Shown piece after piece: positions 51,501 to 63,342 of a stretch of 64,000 nt of DNA. Position 1 is the first letter of the stretch, and each line of letters opens with the position of its first letter. The DNA comes from Lepidodermella squamata (lineage: Eukaryota; Animalia; Gastrotricha), in NCBI GenBank assembly GCA_047495785.1, contig JBLDXI010000009.1, positions 3,968,001 to 4,032,000 of the forward strand, given 5' to 3'. The position numbers and the translations under genes are program-made. The notes beneath the pieces are model-generated. The model was not told the origin of the DNA. It saw only the letters and a program-made list of their open reading frames with translations, and did no database searches.

Positions 51501-51845
51501 TACCGTCATCGTGTCGGTACATTCTTGCCGGAAGAGCTGGCATTCCTGACGGATAGTGAAGAAGTTGAAGCCTTTGCACAGAATGTTCTCCGAACACTTC
51601 TTCGCGCAAGCTTTCAGGGTTCCTTCTCGGCCGCGGAAGTACGCGCCTTCGATAATGCCAACAGATGGGTTGCAGTAGCCATCGATTGTTGTAAATTCAG
51701 GTACGTCTAAAAGCAAAACGTTAACTTCTAGCCATAAGAAAATTTAAAGGAATAACTCACAAGGCAATGTATCGTCAGAACTTTCGAGAACCGATAACAC
51801 TGCTGGTAACCATGCCGCAGCTAAGATGTTGGCCCACCAGCGCAT
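48535..51845 (-). CDS. Same family, paralogue C, with a poly-Thr hinge (4 exons)
   Basis: Signal peptide MRWWANILAAAWLPAVLS; ORFs 51716-51141 and 51228-48733; last exon DIPAVNGG…PTCESL*; T17 tract at 49819-49869. Confidence 0.88.
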
Positions 51846-52141
51846 ATTTGCGAGTAAAGCCTATTTAATTAACGAAAGTCACACAAGGTATTAGAGCGTG
51901 GAATTTTCTGAAGAATTCAGAAGTGGCCTTTCTGTGTTGTGAGGTTTTTGCGGGGTCGAAAATTCAACTTCTGGAGTGAAGCGCGTCCGCGTTATAACAT
52001 CCACATTAGCGGCTTTATTGTTGTCGTCGCTCATCGCGCGCGCGCCGTGCACCAGACTCGCCGTTAAAATGGATGGAAAAAAATCTAAACAATAAAGTTA
52101 TTCGGCGAGCCGTCGTGGTTACCTTTCAACATTAAAGGTTT

Positions 52142-52158
52142 TATAAACAGGTGTAATT
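52142..52158. promoter_or_regulatory. Conserved upstream motif TATAAACAGGTGTAATT of paralogue C
   Basis: Identical 17-mer at 56715-56731 upstream of paralogue D; core AGGTGTAAT at 62534-62542 upstream of paralogue E. Confidence 0.55.
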
Positions 52159-53127
52159 GCTGCTCTCTCATCGACGGCCACTCGGTGAATAGCTGCTGCT
52201 GGTGTCTGACGTTGTTAATAAGCTGCTGGCTCCTGGGCGCCGTATCTTTTGTTGCTCGCTGCTACTGCCCTAAACAACAGCGCGCATCATCTGTTTCTGC
52301 CGCCGACGCAGCATCATCGCTGTTACAGTCATAATAAAACTGAAGCCGGCCGGCTGGTGTGTATGCCGCTGCCGGCTGTCACGTTTATTGCATCGCATAA
52401 ATCGCCGCTAACTTCTGTCAACCCTGGGTTTTGGTTATGCGGCCGAGGAACCGTCATCGACGGCTTATAATAATAATATTTACAAAAAAGCCTCGAAAAC
52501 TACATGCACGCGCATCTATACGGCCATCGGCCATATCATCAACTTGAAAATAACAATGTATTCTTTATCAGTTCAACCGAGAATTATGAGAACGAATTTA
52601 ATAGCTTTTTTATGCGCAACGGCTTTGCACTGTGAAAAATTAACAGCGTCTGTAGCGGCAACGAAAAGGCAACGCGTTCCAGGCGTCACCTTAATGAGGC
52701 CAACTTTCAGGCGTCAGGAAACATCTTTTCTCACATCCTTAACATCACATTCTCGCATAAGATTACAAAAAATGCAGCAGCCGGAAACTGAAACTGAAAC
52801 TAATCGGCTTGATCGGAGTTGATTTAACTCATGAGACATACGGCTACCATGTACCAGTCTAGAGCTGAAAGCTGAATTCTGAAAACGGGTGTAGTATTGC
52901 ATATTCTGGGAACTCTAGACACTCCGCGAGTTAGGTTGGCAGTAGTTTTACTTCATTTCCAACAATTTTTTTGTAACAATATTGCGTCTTCAAGGCAGGT
53001 TTCCGGCTAATAAGTAACTGGAGTTTGCGTTGGCTTTTTGAGCCTACGGCATATATTACATAACACGACTCAAGCTATTATCGATCAATGATATCTAGTT
53101 TTCATTTGGCTTATTATCCTCTTTTGC

Positions 53128-56100
53128 TTATTGTTGGGCCTCGCAGGTTGGCGCAGCGTTGCTCCAGGTGCCGTCTTGACGGCAGGTGGCCTGAGCGGAG
53201 CCGCGGAGGGTGCGGCCCTGGTTGCAGCGGAACTGGATGGTAGAACCTGGCAAGGTGCTTGGGCCAACAGCGTAGCCGCCGTCAATGCTTGGCATATCTG
53301 AATAGAAAACAGACTCAAATATAATTTTTCAAAAAATAAAAAATAAAATTCTTACCCGGGCAGTGGAGGAGGGAGCTGCAGTCACGGAAGTTCGAAGCCC
53401 ACTTGCCGTCAGCTCCGCACTTGACAGAGTAGGAAGTCTCGGCTTGAGCGGTGGCCCAGCCCTTGTTGCAGGTGACGGAGGCGGAGTTTCCAGCGCCGAC
53501 GTTAGCACCAGCGGCGAAGTTGGAGTTGGCAACAGTGGTGAGCGGGCAGCCCTGGAAGGTCGAGCTGTGGCCGAAGTCGATGTGGGCGCATGGCCAGTTA
53601 TTGTACTCGAGCGGGTGGATGCGGACCCAGCGAGCGACGATGTTGTATTGGAAGAGGGTGCAGACCTTAGCCGTGACAGCATCGGTGTTGCCGTCGAAAG
53701 CCTTGGGCTCACCAGTGGCCTCCTTGATGATGGTCCAGGTGACACCATCCTGCGAGTAGGAGATGGCGAACTTGGTGGTCCAGAAGTCGTTGCGACGGCA
53801 GCCAGAGATGGCGTACCATCCGACGGCGTATGTTGATCCGAGGTCAGTCTGGATCCAGGACGAGTTCTTGTCGCATGAGGCCGGGCGCCATGCCTCAACA
53901 GCGTTGGTCTGGGTGTGGTCACCCTTCGACGGGTGCCATGTGTCGCCGCTCTCAAGGGAAGAGTCACCGCAGGTGTTAGAGAGGACCTTCGACTCAAGGT
54001 AGCTTGAAGCCTTGCGGTTGTCACCAGTCAGAGCGCCGTTGGTCTGCTCGCGAGCGTTGAGGCAGACGTACTGGACGTGAGCGTACAGCGAGCACGACGG
54101 GCACTTAGACCAGCCGTGGAACTGGTTGACTGGCAGACTGCAGTTCGATGCACCGTCGCACTGAGTGCTAACCGTGGTTGAAATATCGTTGAAGCTGCAG
54201 CCAACATCGGCGCCAGAGCAGGAGTCGAGGACATTGTCTGAACCGCAGGTCTTCTCACCAGCACGGCTGAGACGGCCGTAGTGGGCAGAGATGGTCTTGA
54301 TGGTGCCATCGTTGCACTTGAGGTTCAACTGGCCACCGTAGCAAGACTGAGCTGTCTGAACAGCGGGGCAACGGTCGGTGGGGACAACGCGGCGGTCGTA
54401 GCAATCCTCGTCGATTTGACCATCAAAGTCGTTATCAATACCATCGAAAAGCTCCTCATCGATGACACCATCGCAGTCGTTGTCCTTGCCATCAGCAATA
54501 AACATAGTAGTCTTGACGCACTCACCGAGAGCCTTGATGCAAGCACCAGTCGGGTAGGCGATGGATTCACGGTCACCAGAGCCGAAGATGTAGGCCTCGA
54601 AGGTGGTTCCCTTGACGCGGTGGTCAATACGGAACTGCTGCTTGTTCGAGTCAAGGGTGACAACGCCACCAATGAAGTCGGTGGTGCCGGGGATATCCTT
54701 CCACTGGACACCGGTGACGGGCTGTTCGTCGAGGATGAAACCAGCGCGGGCAGCCTTGTTGGTGATGATGGTCAGGTAGTTGGTGTAGGGTGACGAGACA
54801 CCAGTCGGGGTGACGAAGGTGTAGCCGAAACCGAACTGGTCACTGGGAATGCAGACAGTCATAGAGGGATCGCCGGGGATCGAGTTGTCGACAGCAGAGC
54901 TGGCATACTGAACAGCCTGGAAGGGCTTGCCCTTGGGGGAGGACATACGCATCCATTCGCTGACGGAGGCAGCAGGGAAACGGACAGATTCGAGTGACTG
55001 AAGAGTGTACGTGAACTGGCCACGCTCGTTCGAGTCGATGGTGATAACGGTGTTGTCGAGAGCAGCGGTGACGACCCAGTAGTCGACGAGGCCGGCGACG
55101 CGGTTGGGAGTGGGCCAGGCGATGCAGTCAGTGCCCCAGGTATCGGTGGAGAAGAGCTGTTCGACCTGGTGATCGCGAGATGGCGAGTTGCCGACGTTGA
55201 CACGGGAGTTGCCGGACCAGACGGCGATGGGTTTGTCGGAGTCGATGTAGGCGCCAGTAAGATCGCATTCGTCCTGGATCTGGGCGACTTCGAATTCGCG
55301 AAGAGTGATGGTGAACTTGTCGCCGTTCGTGTAGGTTTTGCCATTGTAGGGAAGAGCGCACTTCTTGCCGGCCGGAGGAGGAGCAGCCCAGTTACCGTCG
55401 TTCCTGGCTGAGGATTTGGGAAGAGTGATCTCAATGGTAGTTACACCGTCTCCAGCTGGGGTGATGGCGAACTCGCAGTTGTAGAATGGGGGCCAGTAGC
55501 AGTTGGCAACGTACTCAAGACCAACAGCACGGCTGGGAATACCAAGGTAGGCATCAGCAGTGAAGAATTCCTTGTTGACACCGTAAAAGACGAAGTCATC
55601 ATCAGAAGAAAGCTTGAGGCCCTTCTTCTCAATCGAAACACCAAAGTCAAGATCTTGGACCTAAAGAAAATTGCTATTGAGAAACGTCGCAAAATATGCG
55701 AGGAAACAGACCTTCCATGTGAAAGGAATGGTGCGGCGAACGGCTTGTTTGAATGGAACCTTGAAGACCTGCTTTTCCGCCGCATTTCCGGTCGGATTGG
55801 GGTCCGACTCGAGGGTGACAGTCGATCCGTTGATGTTACGATCCTGGGTGACCCAGATCTCAAGAGACATGTTCTTGGGCTGAGCGACACGGTTGGCCAT
55901 GAAAGCCAGGTAGAACTCGTCACCAACGGTAGATGTCGAGCAGGCGATTTCTCCCTTAAGGTAGAAATTCTTGTTGGGAGCGGCGCGAGCGACGGGCGTT
56001 GTGTCCGAGCACTCCTGACGGAAAAGCTGGCATTCGTTGCCGTCTGTGACGAAGTTGTAACCCTTGCACAGCGGGTTGTCCGAGCACCTCTGCGCGCACG

Positions 56101-56335
56101 ATTTCAGGGTGCCATCGCGACCCCTGAAGAGAGCACCCTCAATGGCGCCCTGTGAGGCATCGCAGACACCAGAGATGGTCGAAAAGCCACGGATGGCTAA
56201 ATGAAAAGAAATAGTGTTCATCATCGCAGCATTTCTCTATTAGTAAGAAAACTTACTCGGGCGGGGCGTGTTTTCTGGCTGAAGAGCGCAGAAGGCTGCC
56301 GGAACAAGGGCAAGTAGAACGGCTACGCTATGCAT
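53128..56335 (-). CDS. Same family, paralogue D (4 exons)
   Basis: Signal peptide MHSVAVLLALVPAAFC (as in A); exon 3 is open from 55660 through the 54952-53315 ORF (read by eye); ends TCEAQQ*. Confidence 0.88.
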
Positions 56336-56714
56336 ATCCGCTCAGTTACAAAACTAGATGAAGGATAAAATAAATGTTCAATCAAGCTTCAAGGTTTGAG
56401 GGGGAAAATGTGGGGATTTTGCGAGAAGCAAATTTGTAGCAGTGACGGGGATGTTGCAAAAAACCCCGATAAGTAGTCATTCGCGACAAACAAGGTTTAC
56501 GAAGTCGTATGTTGTGATAACGGCTTTGTTGTGTGCTATTATTTTTGCCAATAGGTAAGTATTGTATGGCGTGTTAAAACACCGGCTGCTACAGTTGCGC
56601 TTTTTTATCAGGTTCAAAAACCCCTAAACAAAACAAGTGTTTTCTAAGACGGTGACGATGCTGCGCGCGTGCGCATCACACGGTCGCCATTTTTAAGCAA
56701 GCACACAATAATAA

Positions 56715-56731
56715 TATAAACAGGTGTAATT
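56715..56731. promoter_or_regulatory. Conserved upstream motif TATAAACAGGTGTAATT of paralogue D
   Basis: Exact match to 52142-52158, at a similar distance (300-380 bp) from the ATG. Confidence 0.55.
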
Positions 56732-57443
56732 TGCCGGTCGTCGAATGCGGGCTCATGCGTTGATGAGCCCACCGTGTGGCGACTAATAAATAACAGCGAT
56801 TCGTAACTAAGCCGGAGCCCCACCAGCCAGCGGCGCCACTGCGATTCAGGCTCTTTTGTTTTTCGACTGGTCGCTCGACGCCGGTTTAGCCGAGTCATAA
56901 AAATGACGCGAAATATGAACACACGTTTGTTTCGCCGGCCGGCTTAATGTTCACGCACCCTGGAACTAAACCGTCGGTCGATACTCGACAGCTGCTCGTT
57001 ATTATCATCCAATGCAATAAAACTTCGCGCAAATTTGCAAATCCTTAGTTTGATTGTTATCATATAAATTTATAGCCTTGTCCTCGACGAGACGCCTCCC
57101 ACGCCGCTATTAAGAGTACGCGTTTGAGGAGTTCAACATTTCGTTGAGGTAACTTTACGCGTCAACTCATCGGCAGTCCACACTATTTCGGTCGTTCGTA
57201 GGCTGCATGACGTGTCGTATATCATTGTTTAAGTTGGCTAATGAATCAGGTCGATTATATTTACCCCGATTTACGACACTAAACATAGTTGCAAAAAATC
57301 TGTCAACAACTCGGTCATGAACTTGTTACATCATGTTTTATTTCCACACCAAAAGTAGCAGAGTTTGATCATTTGGTTTCAGAGGTAAAGATGTAAGAAA
57401 ATTCCGCAGAATCCAGCTGCGGAAATTAAAGCACATTTCCGGG

Positions 57444-60400
57444 CTACAATTGTTCGCAAGATGGTGCTGAGTCGCTCCAAGTTCCATCGGTTCTGCATTG
57501 AATCGAACTCTGCCCGTTAAGTCGACGGCCATTGAAACAAGCATAGGTGATCCGATGACCGGGCAGGTTTCCAGGGCCACTGGCATATCCTCCATCAACT
57601 TGAGGAATTTCTGAAAGAAAGAAAATGACGAATAAAAATAAGGAAAAATATGATTCGAAAGTCGCTTACCAGGGCAGTAGTTGACTACATCGCAAGCTTT
57701 AAACGAAGTAGACCAGGTTCCGTCAGCTCCACAAGCAACTTGGTAGCTTTCTACTCCATCTGAAGTCGCACGGCCCTTGTTGCAAACCACCGTTGCAGTT
57801 TGACCGTAGCCAGCAGTACCACCATCGGCCCAATTACTGAACGCAACTGTTTGGGGTGGGCAAGCTCTCGGCACAGCTCCGTGGCCGAAATCGGCGTGAA
57901 CACACGGCCAGTCGTTGTAATCAACCGGATGAACTCGAACCCACCTAGCAACGATTTCATATTGGAACAGAGTGCAAACATTGACTGTATTGGAATCGGT
58001 ATTTCCGTCGAAGAGATTCAGCCCGCCATCTCTGTTTCTAATGATTGTCCAGGTGGAACCATCAAGTGAGTAAGATATGGCGAATTTCCGCGTGAAGAAG
58101 TTGTTCCGGCGGCAACCTGAAATAGCATACCAACCGACAGGGTAGATAGAGCCAAGGTCGATCTGTAGCCATGATGAGTTGCGATCGCATGATGCCGGTC
58201 GCCATGCTTCAACAGATCCGACACCAAAGGCAGACTTCTCGGAATGGAAGGTGTCGGTAAATTTCGCGTATGCATCTCCACATGAAGATCCAATGGAATT
58301 AGTCGCGAGCCAACTAGATGCTACTCGATTCTTCCCAGTCAAAGAGCCGTGCTGTTGCTCCTTATCACTCAAACAAACGTATTGAACGTGAGCGTACAAG
58401 GAGCAGGCCGCACACTTGCTGTTTCCCTGCGAAAGATAGCTAACAGGGACAATGCAACGAGATTGGCCGTTACATTGTAGGGAAACAGTGTCTGACACAT
58501 CGACCCAGCCACAGCCCGATTCGGAACCTGAGCATTTGTTGTAGGCATTCTCAGCGCCGCATGTAGTCTCGCCAGATTTACCAAGACGGCCAAAGTGGGC
58601 TTCAATGACTTTAACGAGAGAACCGTCCTCGCAGCGGATCGAAAGTTGGCCGTTGAAGCAAGCCTGAGCCTGTCTAACCTCAGGGCAGCGATCGCCGGTT
58701 ATGATGGGCTTTGGGGGTTCGGGAGGCGGAGCTTCGTCGTAGCAGTCTTCGTCCACCTTACCATCGAAATCGTTGTCAACATTATCGCCACATAATTCTT
58801 CGTCAACAACACCGTCGCAATCGTTGTCATCAAGATCGCCGATTTCCATATCTGTCTCTTTGCACTCCTCCAAATCACTGATGCAGGCGCCGGTCGGATA
58901 GGCGACAGATTCACGGTCTCCTGATCCGTAGATGTAAGCCTCGAAACGTGTGCCGCGAACAGCGTGTTCGATACGGAATTGCTGCTTATCCGAGCTGAGT
59001 TTATAGATACCGCCAACCATCTGAGTCTCAGCGGCAGGAATGCCTGGAATGTCAACCCAGGTGATACCAGTTAGAAGGTTTCTATCAAGGAGGAATCCGT
59101 TCCTGGCAGATTTTGCCACGATGATGGTTAGATAATTCGTGTAGTTGGTTGCAACTCCTGCTGGTGTGACAAAGGTGTAGCCGAAACCAAACTGAGCAGT
59201 TGGGATGCAGATAGTCATAGCTGGATCGCCAAACATCGACTGAGGAATTCTACATAAGAAAAGCCAAGTTATAGATTATATCCCATGCAATACACCTTCA
59301 GTCTTACCCAGTCATGTTAACTGCAGAGTGAGAGTATTGGATTGCTTGGAATGGTTTGCCCTTCGGCGACGAGAAGCGCATCCATTCAGTTACAGAAGCT
59401 GCCGGGAAGCGGATGGACTCATTTTCTTGCAGTGTAAACGTTTGACGCGGTCTTTCGTTCGAGTCGATAGTGATGACGGTATCATCATCGTTCGCAGTAA
59501 TCACCCAGTAGTCGAAAAGCTTAGGAACGCGGGCAGGTGTTGGCCAGGCGATGCAGTCCGTTCCCCATGTGTAAGTCGGGAATAACTGCTCGACGAGATG
59601 GTCACGTGACAGCGATCCTCCGACATTGACACGCGAATTGCCCGACCATACTGCAACATCTTTATCAGCTGCAATAAGTGTACCAGTCAAGTCGCACTTG
59701 TCCTGAATCTGCATGACGTCCAAGGCCTGAAGTGGGACGTTGAGAATCGTCTCGCCATTAGTGTATGTCCTTCCGTTGTAGGGCACGGCACATTTAGCCG
59801 AGGTAATGAGAGGTTGGTCCCAACGTTCAGTCATAACGTTCTTAGCTGGGGTAGGCGGCAGAGTGATGTTGACCTTGGTTGGCTGAGAAGCGGCAACGGC
59901 GAATTCGCAATTGTAGTTCGGTGGCCAGAAGCAACTGGCGAGGTAAAATCGGCCCAATGTTGGAACAGGCATACCCAGATAAGCATCGGCCGTGTAGTAT
60001 TCCTTGTTAACGCCATAGAAAACGAACTGCTTATCCTTCTCCGTCTTCAAAAGCAGCGCCTTCCTCTCAATGGTTAGAGCAATATCGGAATCTTTGACCT
60101 GAAAAAAACGAAGTTGAAATTATTGATTGAGCTACCTAACGAATGAAGCAGAAAAAAAATAAGAAAAGCGCAAGAAAAACTTTTCACGCAACACGTGTAG
60201 ATGGTTGCTCAACAAATTTCTGCCGAAATTGTTCAACTTTACTTCTGGAATTTTCGATTCCCCTTATAGCTTGATAGTTTATAGTTAAAATTACAAAAAA
60301 ATGGTAAAAAATGCTAATTTTGGTATAACTTAGGAACCGAGGAATCTCGCTAGATATACAAAAATTGTTGGTGGGATCAAGCTAGTGTCTCTACGACAAT

Positions 60401-62172
60401 CTGAATCACTGAATCACTGAAAGCACTTTTAAGGGCAACTCTGGGGTTTTCCGTGTTTTAAGGAGGATGGGAGCATTTTAGAGGTCTGAAATTCGAAAAT
60501 TTAAAATCCTCAAGAAAAACTGACTAAAAGAACATATTGGAATCCTCGAATCGTCCTTGATTCAAGTGAACACACGTTTTGCGATTTACAGAAATTCGCC
60601 AAACCCCACTTTTCACTTGTTACCGGTTCGGAGAATAGTCTAAAATAATGAGAAGTATAATCATTTTCATTTGAACATTACCTTGAAAGTGAATGGGATG
60701 GTGAGAAGTTTGACCTCCTTGTTGCCGAGCGTGACTTGCTGGCGGACTCGAGCGTTGCCAGTCGGGCTAGGATCAGACTCAAGCGTGATTGTTAGGCTAT
60801 CGTACTTGTCCTGCGTGACCCAAATTTCAAGCGACTTATTAACAGGCCGCTCGACACGATTCGCCATAAACGCGACAATGTACTGATCGCCAGCAGTTGA
60901 AACGTCACATTCAATCAACCCGCGCAGGTAGAAATTCTGGCGGGGGACTGACGGTCCGGCGACGACGGGCGATGTCGAATCGCACTCGCGACGGAATAGC
61001 GTGCATTCTTGCCGGTCGATAAGGAAATTGAAGCCTTTGCACAGGTCATTTCTTCGGCACCGATCGGCGCACTGTTTCAGCGTGCCGTCGCGCCCGCGGA
61101 ATGAAGCGCCTGCAATCAAATCATCATTGCCGCAGATACCGTCAACAGCGGTGAAGTCAGCAACGCCTGTTAATAGGTGGAAATTATAAAAAATATGAAA
61201 ATATCATTGACTGATGATCTGTAATCATGTACTCGAAATTAGGGAAATTAGGAAATAATTTCAAAATCACGATCCTTTGAATTGGGATAATTTGGAAAAT
61301 ATCGAAAATCTTCGAAAAAGTTTGTTCTGAAAACCTAATGAAAAATGATGTACTCCTAAACTGAAGAAACTCGGCGTTACAGTCCGTGTTTTTTTGGTCC
61401 GGCGCGATCCTTCAAAATCCGGTAAATGAGGGAGATCAAATTAGCAAATTATGAGTATTAATGGGATTTCTCGACCCTTACGATATATGGATCTGATATA
61501 TGGCGTTGGAAGTTCATGAAAATTAATTAGAAAATAATTTATAACTTATTGGATTCTATAATCAATTTGTACTAGCAATGTAATTAATTAACAAATGCAA
61601 ATTATTTTTCGAGTCAAGGAGGGCTGAGAAGGACGTGAGAAGGCTTTACTTGAGAGTTCTTCGAAGGCGCTAAAAATGATAGACCGCTGTTGTTAGAAAA
61701 TTTTCGCCAGGTAGCATAGCATTTCCAAAGGTAGCAATTAAAATTGCTCTAAAATTTTCTGAAATTTACATGATACCTTGGTTTTATAAAAAAAAATAGC
61801 TGAAGGTATGCGTAAATTTGGTCACCCGGGCGGTAGCGGTTGGATACCTCCCGGCTAACTGGTGATTGTAGCAGAATTTTTCAAGCCTTCCATGATGAGC
61901 GCAAGAATATCACAAATTTTCCACGTCCTAAATTTCAGAAAATTTTGAAAAAGAAACATCTTAACCTAAAATTAAACCACCAAATTTAAAAAATAAAACT
62001 ATTTGTTGAAAGTTAATATCCTTTTTGATTAGCCGAAATCTTATTAGCGCCAGATTTATTGGTCTAGTATTTTTACAAAAAATGACAACTTACTTGGCCG
62101 GGTAGACTCGGTTTTCCTGAGTTGACCGATTACCGCGGGTAAAAATGTCACCAAAATCGCGATTAACCGCAT
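57444..62172 (-). CDS. Same family, paralogue E (5 exons; one extra intron and two enlarged introns)
   Basis: Signal peptide MRLIAILVTFLPAVIG; ORFs 61119-60667, 60050-59304 and 59236-57338; last exon EIPQVDGG…PSCEQL*. Confidence 0.86.
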
Positions 62173-63342
62173 TTTTGGTGAGCGGGATAAATATTCGAGA
62201 GCGAAAAATATTCTTAAAGTCGCTACCTATTATTAGAGCACAAGTTAATCACTACAGCTAACAATAGCGAGTGAACTCGGAGCCGAGACGCGCACGGAGC
62301 CACCGCGCATCATTCATTATTACAGTTATAACGCGCGCGCGCGCAAAAGGTCGACGCAAGTTCAGTGCGCGTCCTCGTTACAACTGCGCGGAAAACATCT
62401 CGCAGTACGTAAAAAACCAGATAGGATCAATTTATACATTGAGTTATACATTGAGTTGCTTAGATAGTATATAAGAACTAAAAAAGAATAACCACCAGGG
62501 TTTGCGCATTGATTGCCCTTTGCGTCTGTTGCAAGGTGTAATAAAACGCCGCTAACGCTGTAACACTATGTTAACCTTTTAAACGCGCGTCGCATGTTTT
62601 GTTATAATACGCGACAATGTTGGCGACTGTGTCATCTGATGCTTTATTGCCGTTAGCTACCTGGTATTGCAATATACACCGAACGCCAGGCAGTGAACGT
62701 AAAGGTATAAGTCGCCATCTGTTTATGCACTGGATATACAAGAGTGAGCAGATGAACAGCGCTAATTTTGACACAAAGACGGCTATTTTGAAAACTTAAC
62801 AGTTGCCTTTCACACCTATGCCGCATCTCTTCCTTGAGTACCAGCCACCAGACTGATATTGAATTCAATGTTAAATTCTATTCCTGAATTTCTTTGAAAT
62901 TGTTTGTAAAATTACCTTAAAATTATCTTTTTGATATTAAAATGGAAATTAAATTAATTATATTAGGAATTGGTGGCATGATCGACAACGTCAAAGTTTG
63001 TAACAAAGCCAAGAGATATTTAATAATTAAAAAATTCAAGCATCGATATTTCTTCCCGATATATGAAGCTATGGATGATACGCGACAACTCACAAAGCTT
63101 AACCTTATTCTCATTCTCACCGGTTTTATTTTTTGAATAAAATGTTAGCCAAATCCCTTGTCTTTGATCATCATGCGGAAATGACTGCAAATTTCAAGGG
63201 CTGTGGAAAAAAATCGATGGAAAATATGAAATTCGAAAATCGGAAAGCGGTTAAGAGCAGCATTCACGTGAAAAAAAATTACAAAAATAATGGCAGCATT
63301 CACAAAATTATTCAAAGTCAACATTTATAGACAGTTTCAGTG

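Noticed and set aside
53315-54952. Paralogue D looks N-terminally truncated in the ORF track
   Set aside because: The frame is open up to the acceptor at 55660; the ORF caller found no start codon in that stretch.
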